Source: Akkermansiaceae bacterium (GTDB lineage: Bacteria > Verrucomicrobiota > Verrucomicrobiia > Verrucomicrobiales > DEV007). From it: a stretch of DNA of 64,000 nt. The notes beneath the pieces are model-generated. The model searched no databases. It saw nothing but the letters and a program-made list of their open reading frames with translations, and was not told the DNA's origin. The stretch covers positions 219,434-283,433 of the forward strand of contig JACKQE010000003.1 in the NCBI GenBank assembly GCA_024233005.1. The letters are read 5' to 3'. The translations under genes and the position numbers were made by a program. This document shows positions 57,083-64,000 of the stretch, piece by piece (the stretch's first letter is position 1; every line of letters begins with the position of its first letter).

Positions 57083-58126
57083 TCAACCGGCCCAGCTTTC
57101 CAGCCGCAGATTGGGATCGATATCCCCCTCCAAAGGATCTCCCGAACGACCGGCCGCCAGACGCGTTGCGGCCACGAAACCAATCATCGCGGCATTGTCG
57201 GTGCCATATCCCGGAGAACAGAGCCAGAGGTCGAGCCCGGCGCGTTCACAGGCCGCCGTCATTGACTGGCGGAGCCTTCCGTTGCAGCTTACGCCCCCGC
57301 TCACCGTGACCAGTTTCCGTCCGGTCGCGCGGGCTGCGGCCATGGTTTTGGCCACCAGCACCTCGATCACCGCTTCCTGGAAAGAGGCGCAAATGTCGGG
57401 AAGATGGCCTTCCATGGGAGGGGGGATTTTGGGGAGGAGGTAATGCACCGCCGTTTTCAATCCGCTGAAACTGAACTGAAAATCCCCGCTGCCAATCATG
57501 CTCCGGGGCAGGGCATACGCCGCCGGGTTACCCTCCCGGGCCAAACGGTCAATGACCGGGCCACCGGGATACGGGAGCCCGAGCATTTTGGCCACTTTGT
57601 CGAAAGCCTCTCCGGCCGCATCGTCCCGTGTGGAGCCGAGTAATCGGTAGTCCCCGGCTCCACGGACATCAACGAGAAGCGTGTGCCCCCCGCTCACGAC
57701 CAGCGCGGCCGAGGGCGGCACGGAGCCGATCCGGCCAAGGCAGGGAGAAAGCAGATGGCCCTCGAGGTGATTCACCGCAAAAAACGGGCATCCCAGAGCG
57801 AGGGAGAGGGCTTTGCCGAAGGTATTTCCAATCAAAAGCGAACTGGCCAACCCCGGTCCGGCCGTCGCGGCGACAGCTTCCAGATGCTGAGGCCCTACTC
57901 CCGCCCGATCCAACAGAAGCCTCACCAGTGGAGGAAGAGTCAGGTTGTGGTTCCGCGAGGCGAGTTCCGGCACGACACCTCCGTAGGGTCGGTGCAGTTC
58001 GATCTGGGACGCGATCTCACTTGCCAGTACGTGAGGGCCCTGCACCAAGGCGACCGCCGTCTCGTCACAGGAAGTTTCAATGGCCAGCACCAAGGGCATC
58101 CGGTCTGTCCCGGTCCGGACATTCAT
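57083..58126 (-). CDS. tsaD: tRNA N6-adenosine threonylcarbamoyltransferase TsaD
   Basis: LVLAIETSCDETAVALV, HLEGHL, VSGGHT and GGVSCN motifs. An alternative start at 58099 (MPLVLAIETSCDE) is equally plausible. Confidence 0.9.
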   Translation of the reverse strand: MNVRTGTDRMPLVLAIETSCDETAVALVQGPHVLASEIASQIELHRPYGGVVPELASRNHNLTLPPLVRLLLDRAGVGPQHLEAVAATAGPGLASSLLIGNTFGKALSLALGCPFFAVNHLEGHLLSPCLGRIGSVPPSAALVVSGGHTLLVDVRGAGDYRLLGSTRDDAAGEAFDKVAKMLGLPYPGGPVIDRLAREGNPAAYALPRSMIGSGDFQFSFSGLKTAVHYLLPKIPPPMEGHLPDICASFQEAVIEVLVAKTMAAARATGRKLVTVSGGVSCNGRLRQSMTAACERAGLDLWLCSPGYGTDNAAMIGFVAATRLAAGRSGDPLEGDIDPNLRLESWAG

Positions 58127-58149
58127 AGGGCATCGGGCCTGTTAGGCGA

Positions 58150-59766
58150 TCAGGGAATCTTGGCAGGTTCCGGCTTGGCATCCGGAACTGATGGCTTGGC
58201 ATCCGGAACTGATGGCTTGCCGCCGGCAGGTTCGGCTGCCGGCTTGGCACCGTCTTTCTCCCCAGCTCCCGCAGGAGCAGCTTTTGGATCCGGGGACGAC
58301 GGCTTCGACCCGTTTCCAGAGGGTTTCTGGTCCTTGGCTGGAGGCCCTTCAGCAGCGGCTTTTGTTTTCGGTGAGGCTGCTTGGGTTTTGGCGTATACCA
58401 GCGCCCCTTTGATGGCATCGACGGCACGGATGAGCTGGCGGTCAGCGAATGAGGCCAGCTTTTTGGCCTCCTCCTCGGGGAGCGAGTCGCGCTGGAACCA
58501 GCGGTTCATCTGGCCTTCCTCCACCGGGGTGAGAGGGGCGGAAATATTGGGGATGACCCCGTTTTCATGAATGGTACGGTGACTCGGGGTGTAATACTTC
58601 GCCGTGGTCATGCGGAGCGCTTTGCCATTGGTTCCCGGGAGAGGCATGACCGACTGGACAGAACCTTTGCCAAAGCTGGTCTCTCCGACGATGATGGCCC
58701 TCTTGAGATCCTGCAACGCGCCGGCAACCACTTCACTGCCGCTGGCACTGGATCCATTGATCAGGATCACCACCGGATACTCCCGGTCGCGCTGTTTGTG
58801 GTCAGCCCGAATCCGGTAGGGTCGGACCTCTCCGGAACCGGGCCTTCCCTCAGTAGTAAGCACCACCGTTCCCGCCGGGACAAATTCGCCGATGATGTCG
58901 ATGGCGGTGTCCAACAGACCTCCCGGATTGTTCCGGAGGTCCAGGACAAATGCTTCCATTCCCTTCTGTTCAAGGTCATTGAGAGCTCTCGACAGTTCTC
59001 CCGCCGAAGGTTCATTGAATTGGAGGAGCCGGGCGTATCCAATTTTGTATGGTTCCGACAACTTGCTGTCCAGAAGATGAATATCGACCAAAGAGTTCTG
59101 TTTGAGGACTTCGCGCACCATTTCCAACTCCAGCAGTTGCTTGGTGGCGGAACGGTTCAGGGTGAGCTTGAGTTTTTCTCCAGGTTTGCCACGGAGCAGA
59201 TTGACCGCTTCCGTCAGACCGACGTCCTTGGTCAGAATGCCGTTGATTTTCAATATCTCATCCCCGGGCAGCACGCCGGCGCGGGCGGCGGGACCGTCTT
59301 CCCGGACCGTGACGATGGTCAAGGTCTCGTTCTTCGGCGAGATGGTGATGCCGACGCCTTCGTAAGTGCTCGAAGTGTCGCGCTGCAGTTGCTCGTAAAC
59401 TTTGGGGGTGAGGAATTGGCAATGCGGGTCGAGATCCCTCAGCATTCCCTCAAGCGCTGAGTTGATGAGACTCTCGTAGGTTGTTTTGGAGGGATCGACG
59501 TAGCCCTGACGGACCATTTCCAACACTCTGGTGAACAGCTCGATTTGGGCGTAGCCATCATCTCCCGGCCCGGCCTCTTTCGCGGGATCCGCGGATTCCG
59601 GGGCGTCGGCGGGAGCGGGGGGATCCGGTTCGGTCTTCGACGGGGATTCAGCTTGTGCCCAAGCGGAGCCCCCCACCAGAAAAGACAAGGCCAACCACCG
59701 GAGGCGGAAAGGGTGGGGCATGGGGACCGGAGCCGTCACATTTCTCATGACGGATATGTCACCCAT
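58150..59766 (-). CDS. ctp: S41 family C-terminal processing peptidase (Ctp/Prc-like) with repeat-containing Pro/Lys-rich tail
   Basis: PDZ region (GVLPGDEILKINGI), catalytic GSASGSE(V) and ETSFGKGSVQ motifs, and the tail ...GGKPSVPDAKPSVPDAKPEPAKIP. Confidence 0.85.
   Translation of the reverse strand: MGDISVMRNVTAPVPMPHPFRLRWLALSFLVGGSAWAQAESPSKTEPDPPAPADAPESADPAKEAGPGDDGYAQIELFTRVLEMVRQGYVDPSKTTYESLINSALEGMLRDLDPHCQFLTPKVYEQLQRDTSSTYEGVGITISPKNETLTIVTVREDGPAARAGVLPGDEILKINGILTKDVGLTEAVNLLRGKPGEKLKLTLNRSATKQLLELEMVREVLKQNSLVDIHLLDSKLSEPYKIGYARLLQFNEPSAGELSRALNDLEQKGMEAFVLDLRNNPGGLLDTAIDIIGEFVPAGTVVLTTEGRPGSGEVRPYRIRADHKQRDREYPVVILINGSSASGSEVVAGALQDLKRAIIVGETSFGKGSVQSVMPLPGTNGKALRMTTAKYYTPSHRTIHENGVIPNISAPLTPVEEGQMNRWFQRDSLPEEEAKKLASFADRQLIRAVDAIKGALVYAKTQAASPKTKAAAEGPPAKDQKPSGNGSKPSSPDPKAAPAGAGEKDGAKPAAEPAGGKPSVPDAKPSVPDAKPEPAKIP
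58172..58219. repeat. Perfect 21-bp tandem repeat (2 full units plus a 6-nt partial), in frame within ctp
   Basis: ggcttggcatccggaactgat at 58172..58192 and again at 58193..58213, then ggcttg. Encodes the KPSVPDA heptad repeats on the minus strand. Confidence 0.9.
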
Positions 59767-59795
59767 CTGGAAGGGGAATGCAAGGACGGGGATGC

Positions 59796-61292
59796 TTACT
59801 CCGCCCGGCCCACTGGACGCGCACCAATGGCGGAGCGGTCAGTCAGGGCATCCCCCAAATCGCCACGCATGGCTTCGGCGAGCCCGGAAAGCCGACTGAC
59901 AATATCGGGATGGTCAGCCGAGACATCGTGAGTCTCACCCGGGTCCGTGACGAGATCATAGAGCGCTTGCCTCTGCTGTTCGACTCGGTAGCCGTGCCGG
60001 CTCGCGATGCCGGAAACACCGCTTTGGGTGATACTTTGAGGCTGGAGACTCCCCCAGCCGGCAGGCTTGCCGTCATCCCTGGTGGGACCGTTCACCGAAA
60101 GGTAAGGATGGGCAAAGTGCAGTTTCCAACGCCCGCTCCGCACCGCCTGAAGTTCCGCCCCGGAATAAAAATAAAGCGCTTCGTGAGGTGTTCGGGCAGC
60201 CGGAGCCCCCAAGAGAAGTGTTCGGATGTCCAGCCCATCAACAGGAAGCCGCGGCTGCGCGGCACCGGCCAGTCCGGTCAACGTGGGCAGTAAATCGATG
60301 CTCATGACCGGCTCATCACAAACCGTCCCCGCGGGAATGTGACCCGGCCAACGGACAATAAACGGCATCCGAACCCCTCCTTCAAATGTCGTCAATTTTC
60401 CTCCGCGGAATGGTCCGGCACTTCCAGCGTGGCTGCCATAACTCAGAAAAGGACCATTGTCGCTGGTGAACACAACGATCGTGTTGCCGGCCAGCCCATT
60501 CTGGTCCAATGCGGTCAGGATTTCTCCAACGGAATGGTCCAACTCTTGTATGACATCCGCGTAGAGGCCTCCGCCGGATTTACCGGCAAACTCCGGCGAG
60601 GCAAAGATGGGCACATGCGGCATGATGTGCGGAAGGTAGAGAAAAAATGCCCGGCCCCGGTGGCGCCCGATAAAATCCACCGCCCTCTCGGTGAGACGAC
60701 GGGTGAAGGTCGCCTGATCGGGATCAGCCTCAATCACACTGTCCCCGTCATAAAAGGGCAGCGGAGGCATTTCGGACGCAAGCACCGGGTGGTATTTGGA
60801 GTTGTCGTTGGAATAGGGAATGCCGAGCCACTCATCAAACCCGTGACGCAGCGGGCTGAAAAAAGGAGGCAACCCCAGATGCCACTTCCCAAAAATTCCG
60901 GTTGCATACCCGACGTCATGCAACAGTTCTGGCAGGAGTTCTTCCTCCCGAGAGATGCCGTTGGGACTGGTGTGGTTGAGAGCTCCCTGGAGTCCGACCC
61001 GGTTCGCATAACACCCGGTCAGCAAAGCCGCCCGGGAGGCGGTGCAGACGGCCTGGGCCACGTAAAAGCTGGTGAAACGGCGTCCCTCCGCAGCCAAGGC
61101 ATCGAGGTGGGGAGTATGGACACGGGAGGAACCGAAACACGCCACATCACCATACCCGAGATCATCGGCAAAAATGAGCACCACATTGGGCCGATCAGAG
61201 GCCCGGGAGGCAGATGAGAAGGCCAATCCAATGACGGCGCACCACAGTCCCCTCCTCCAGATCACCCGCGCCAAATGCTGCAGCGCCGTCAT
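59796..61292 (-). CDS. Arylsulfatase-family (formylglycine-dependent) sulfatase, secreted
   Basis: Signal peptide, NVVLIFADDLGYGD, the FGly-motif region AVCTASRAALLTG (61032..61046 encodes CTASR), and GKWHLG. Confidence 0.8.
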   Translation of the reverse strand: MTALQHLARVIWRRGLWCAVIGLAFSSASRASDRPNVVLIFADDLGYGDVACFGSSRVHTPHLDALAAEGRRFTSFYVAQAVCTASRAALLTGCYANRVGLQGALNHTSPNGISREEELLPELLHDVGYATGIFGKWHLGLPPFFSPLRHGFDEWLGIPYSNDNSKYHPVLASEMPPLPFYDGDSVIEADPDQATFTRRLTERAVDFIGRHRGRAFFLYLPHIMPHVPIFASPEFAGKSGGGLYADVIQELDHSVGEILTALDQNGLAGNTIVVFTSDNGPFLSYGSHAGSAGPFRGGKLTTFEGGVRMPFIVRWPGHIPAGTVCDEPVMSIDLLPTLTGLAGAAQPRLPVDGLDIRTLLLGAPAARTPHEALYFYSGAELQAVRSGRWKLHFAHPYLSVNGPTRDDGKPAGWGSLQPQSITQSGVSGIASRHGYRVEQQRQALYDLVTDPGETHDVSADHPDIVSRLSGLAEAMRGDLGDALTDRSAIGARPVGRAE

Positions 61293-61296
61293 GTCG

Positions 61297-61701
61297 TCAG
61301 ACCCATTGGCCCCAGATCATGGCGATCCAGACAACTTTGGCAAAAAGGTGAAGGAATTGGTCTGTCTCAAAGGAGGTGCGACCTTCACATTTCACAAAAT
61401 CGATGATCCAGTGGGCCACGAACTCGGCCAACCCCAGGAGGACCCGGCCACTGAGGCACCAGACAAATCCGGCATGGATGAGTGCATGGGCGGTCAGGCA
61501 AAACACCCAGAGCAATTTAGGCGGAGCATTGCCCGTTGCCAGCGCCACCGGCTTGGCATGGCGGCTTTTCCCATGGGCCAGAAAATCTCCCTGCAACGGA
61601 AAGTCCGCAAGGGCATGCCCGATGCAAAAGGCAAAAAACAGAGAGGAAGCCGCCGTCCATGTCATCGGGGAGGTGGTATCCAGAGAAAGGAAGGCGTGCA
61701 T
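61297..61701 (-). CDS. DUF3307 family membrane protein
   Basis: IGHALADFPLQGDFLA and AHWIIDFVKCEG motifs are typical of DUF3307. Start placed at ATG 61701 (alternative 61665). Confidence 0.55.
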   Translation of the reverse strand: MHAFLSLDTTSPMTWTAASSLFFAFCIGHALADFPLQGDFLAHGKSRHAKPVALATGNAPPKLLWVFCLTAHALIHAGFVWCLSGRVLLGLAEFVAHWIIDFVKCEGRTSFETDQFLHLFAKVVWIAMIWGQWV

Positions 61702-61849
61702 GGATTGGGGCAGTGGGAAACGGTGGACCCCGGACAGCCCCGTGGGGGGGGCTGCCGGGGGACTGAGAGTTTGGGTCCCCGGGATGGATGCCTCCCTCAC
61801 CGAAGGCAACCACTTCCCCAGGAAATGGCGCAGGGGCAGGTTGTCGGGT

Positions 61850-62320
61850 TTAAAAGGAATCTAACATGGCCTCACGGGCCATCGCCACTTTCTCATTGGT
61901 CCGGCGAAGCCGGCGGCTGAGTTGGGTGGCCACGTTGTAAAGAAGGCGGCTGGCTGGTTCGGGATGGGCTTTGATAAAATCTGCCAACCGGTTCCGGTCG
62001 ATTTTCCAAATCTGGGAGAGGGCCTTGGCCACGACACTGGCACTTGCCTTGCCGGGATCGAAAATATTGACCTCCCCAATGGTGTCTCCACTTTTGACCG
62101 TTCCCAACAAGACTGACCGCCCCGTCGTTTCGGTCTGCACGTGTAGCCTCCCAAAAATCACCAGAAAGAGGGAGTCCTGCTCATGTCCTTCCTCAATAAT
62201 GGTGTCCCCGTCGTTGGCGGTGATGAAATCTCCGAAAGACCCCAGTTCGATTCTTTCGGCATCACTCAAATTCTCGGCAAAGCCCATGGGGGGCAGGTCA
62301 GGTTTGGGGGCATCACTCAT
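61850..62320 (-). CDS. Stand-alone cyclic-nucleotide-binding domain protein
   Basis: 156 aa with a cNMP-binding beta-roll pattern (IIEEGHEQDSLFLVIFGRLHV...GDTIGEVNIF...SASVVA). No HTH or other output domain. Confidence 0.65.
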   Translation of the reverse strand: MSDAPKPDLPPMGFAENLSDAERIELGSFGDFITANDGDTIIEEGHEQDSLFLVIFGRLHVQTETTGRSVLLGTVKSGDTIGEVNIFDPGKASASVVAKALSQIWKIDRNRLADFIKAHPEPASRLLYNVATQLSRRLRRTNEKVAMAREAMLDSF

Positions 62321-62439
62321 GATCCCAAAGTGTAACCGAATTCCTGCGGGACGCCAGATGGTTTTTTAGGCCTTGAATTTGAATCCGCAAGCCCCTCAAC
62401 CGCCCCTCGCCGACGAAGATCCACGGGACGGAAAGCCCG

Positions 62440-63333
62440 ATGCGGCTTACACTTGCTGCCGTGACTCCCCCAGTGCCCCTCACCACCCGCTTTGCCCCGA
62501 GCCCGACGGGCCGGCTCCATCTGGGGCACGCCTACGCCGCCTTGATGGCTTGGAATGCGGCCCGGCAAACTCCTGGAGGAAGATTTCTAGTCAGGATCGA
62601 AGACATCGACAGCACCCGGTGCCGGCAGGAGTTTGAAGCCGGCATTTTTGAGGACCTCCAGTGGCTGGGGCTCTCTTGGGAAGAACCGGTGCGGCGACAA
62701 TCGGAGCACCTCGGGGAATACGCCAAGATCGCCGACTCCCTGACCCGACAAGGATTTCTCTATCCCTGCTTCTGCACCCGCAAAGACATCCAACGTGAAA
62801 TCGAAGCCGCCGGAGGCGCTCCACAAGGCCCCGAAGGACCGCTCTACCCCGGCACCTGCCGCCATCTCGACCCGGAGGAACGACAACGCCGGATTGATTC
62901 GGGAGAAAGCCACGCCCTCCGTCTCGACCTGGCGGTGGCTCTAAGCCAGTTGCGCGATCAGCCCTCCTTGGCATGGCAGGATGAATGGAAAGGCCGACAA
63001 ACCGCACATCCCGCGCAGCTGGGAGACGTGGTCCTGGTTCGCAAGGATATCGGCACCAGCTACCACCTGGCCGTGGTCTGGGACGATGCGGTCCAAGGAG
63101 TAAACCTCGTCACCCGTGGCGAAGATCTTTTTGCCGCCACTCATTTGCACCGGCTCCTGCAGGCCTTGCTGGGACTCCCCTGCCCCCATTACGCCCATCA
63201 TGGCTTGATCCGCGACAGCGACGGCCTGCGCCTTGCCAAGCGCGACGGCGCCCGCTCACTGGCCGAACTCAGATCCCAAGGCTGGAGTCCCGAACAAGTC
63301 CGGAAAGCAGTCGGCTTAGTAGAGTCGGGCTGA
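62440..63333 (+). CDS. gluQ: tRNA glutamyl-Q(34) synthetase GluQRS
   Basis: TTRFAPSPTGRLHLGHA (HIGH-type), truncated GluRS-like catalytic domain of about 297 aa, LAKRDG (KMSKS-equivalent region). Confidence 0.8.
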   Translation: MRLTLAAVTPPVPLTTRFAPSPTGRLHLGHAYAALMAWNAARQTPGGRFLVRIEDIDSTRCRQEFEAGIFEDLQWLGLSWEEPVRRQSEHLGEYAKIADSLTRQGFLYPCFCTRKDIQREIEAAGGAPQGPEGPLYPGTCRHLDPEERQRRIDSGESHALRLDLAVALSQLRDQPSLAWQDEWKGRQTAHPAQLGDVVLVRKDIGTSYHLAVVWDDAVQGVNLVTRGEDLFAATHLHRLLQALLGLPCPHYAHHGLIRDSDGLRLAKRDGARSLAELRSQGWSPEQVRKAVGLVESG

Positions 63334-64000
63334 CCAGCTAGGCGCAAGTCCCGTCGCCGTCACCAGCCTCAGGGTCACCAGTCCACGGGCATCACGCGGA
63401 GACATCCCAGGATCGTTGAGCAACCAGGTCCGTTCCGGCGGAAACTGGGGGCCGGCCTCCCCCGGGGTCGGTAGACGCAGGCTGAAGGACAGGCCGAGAA
63501 TGCCATCCCGCTGCTCCAGTTTGCGCTCGTTCCGGTAGAGATAGACCCATGGGATGCGGAATTCAAAACGCTTCGTCCCATCCGCGTTGGTCTTCAATGC
63601 CACCGGGAAGCCGGCACGATCGAGAGTCTGGTCATATCCGTTCCCAAAAACCGCAAGGGGAGGACGATCGACCGTACCGGGTCCATCGGTAACGCCCGCC
63701 TGAAAGCGAAGAAAGTCGACGTATCCGAAAGTACGGCATTCCTCGGTGGGACGGGCATCCAGGCGGACTTCCGCAAGCAGCGCAAAAGGAGGATTCCCCC
63801 CGGTCGGATCCTCGATCAACTGTAGATTGCGGCCCGGCATCGTCGTCGTGAAATAAAGCCAGGTTTCATCCGCATCAATCCGCAAGGAGGCCTCCTGATC
63901 ATCGGGCGCCACTTTGAGAAGCCCAGAGCGCGTCTCCGCGTAATCGGACTGACTCTGCAAAGGAACCTTCTGACCAAGGACAATATCTCTGGTGAATTCC
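63316..64000 (-). CDS. Hypothetical protein, 5'-partial (runs off the window)
   Basis: The reading frame stays open from 63960 to the window end (no stop in the codons I translated), so the TTG at 63960 is probably not the true start. Beta-rich sequence; family not recognised. Confidence 0.5.
   Translation of the reverse strand, partial: EFTRDIVLGQKVPLQSQSDYAETRSGLLKVAPDDQEASLRIDADETWLYFTTTMPGRNLQLIEDPTGGNPPFALLAEVRLDARPTEECRTFGYVDFLRFQAGVTDGPGTVDRPPLAVFGNGYDQTLDRAGFPVALKTNADGTKRFEFRIPWVYLYRNERKLEQRDGILGLSFSLRLPTPGEAGPQFPPERTWLLNDPGMSPRDARGLVTLRLVTATGLAPSWSARLY

Noticed and set aside
61297-62320. DUF3307 membrane protein plus a stand-alone cNMP-binding protein as a signalling or defence pair.
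   Set aside because: The genes are separated by 148 nt (61702..61849) if DUF3307 starts at 61701, there is no effector domain or recognisable partner, and both families are common singletons. The evidence is insufficient for a system.
1-64000. CRISPR arrays, tRNA or rRNA genes, and prophage or integrase modules.
   Set aside because: I saw no regularly spaced direct repeats, no tRNA T-loop signatures (GGTTCGAATCC-like) and no intact integrase or transposase ORF. Only the degenerate IS remnants reported above were found. The scan was visual, so small elements could have been missed.

Overview
High-GC bacterial chromosome segment. The gene content points to the PVC superphylum, most likely Verrucomicrobiota or Planctomycetota: there are many PSCyt/PSD (DUF1549/DUF1553/DUF1592-type) heme-motif proteins, DUF1501/DUF1552 partners and an SHD1-domain protein. 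All family calls come from motifs read by eye; no database search was run.

Layout:
- 1-6.6 kb: sugar-acid type locus with an SGNH hydrolase, MFS transporter, ceramidase-like protein, DgoD-like dehydratase and GntR regulator.
- 6.6-12.3 kb: a PSCyt1/DUF1553 + DUF1501 pair plus a Gfo/Idh/MocA oxidoreductase, facing a GH16 glucanase.
- 13.6-15.25 kb: AT-richer scar with at least one transposase remnant and a cytochrome b562-like gene.
- 15.26-32.2 kb: nine co-directional, partly translationally coupled genes. This includes a tandemly duplicated three-gene module in which a novel secreted tandem HMA-like (CxxC) protein sits between a DUF1592-type protein and a DUF1501 or DUF1552 partner. This is my best candidate for an undescribed system.
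- 32.2-38.7 kb: polysaccharide export and flippase operon.
- 39-42.8 kb: an orphan fused AhbA/B-like protein, a TRIC channel and membrane proteins.
- 42.8-50.3 kb: ExbB-ExbD-ExbD operon with a membrane-anchored alpha-toroid protein in the TonB position, plus two TPR proteins.
- 50.9-64 kb: housekeeping genes (DinG-like helicase, LptF/G, TsaD, Ctp, sulfatase, GluQRS).

I saw no rRNA, tRNA or CRISPR array.
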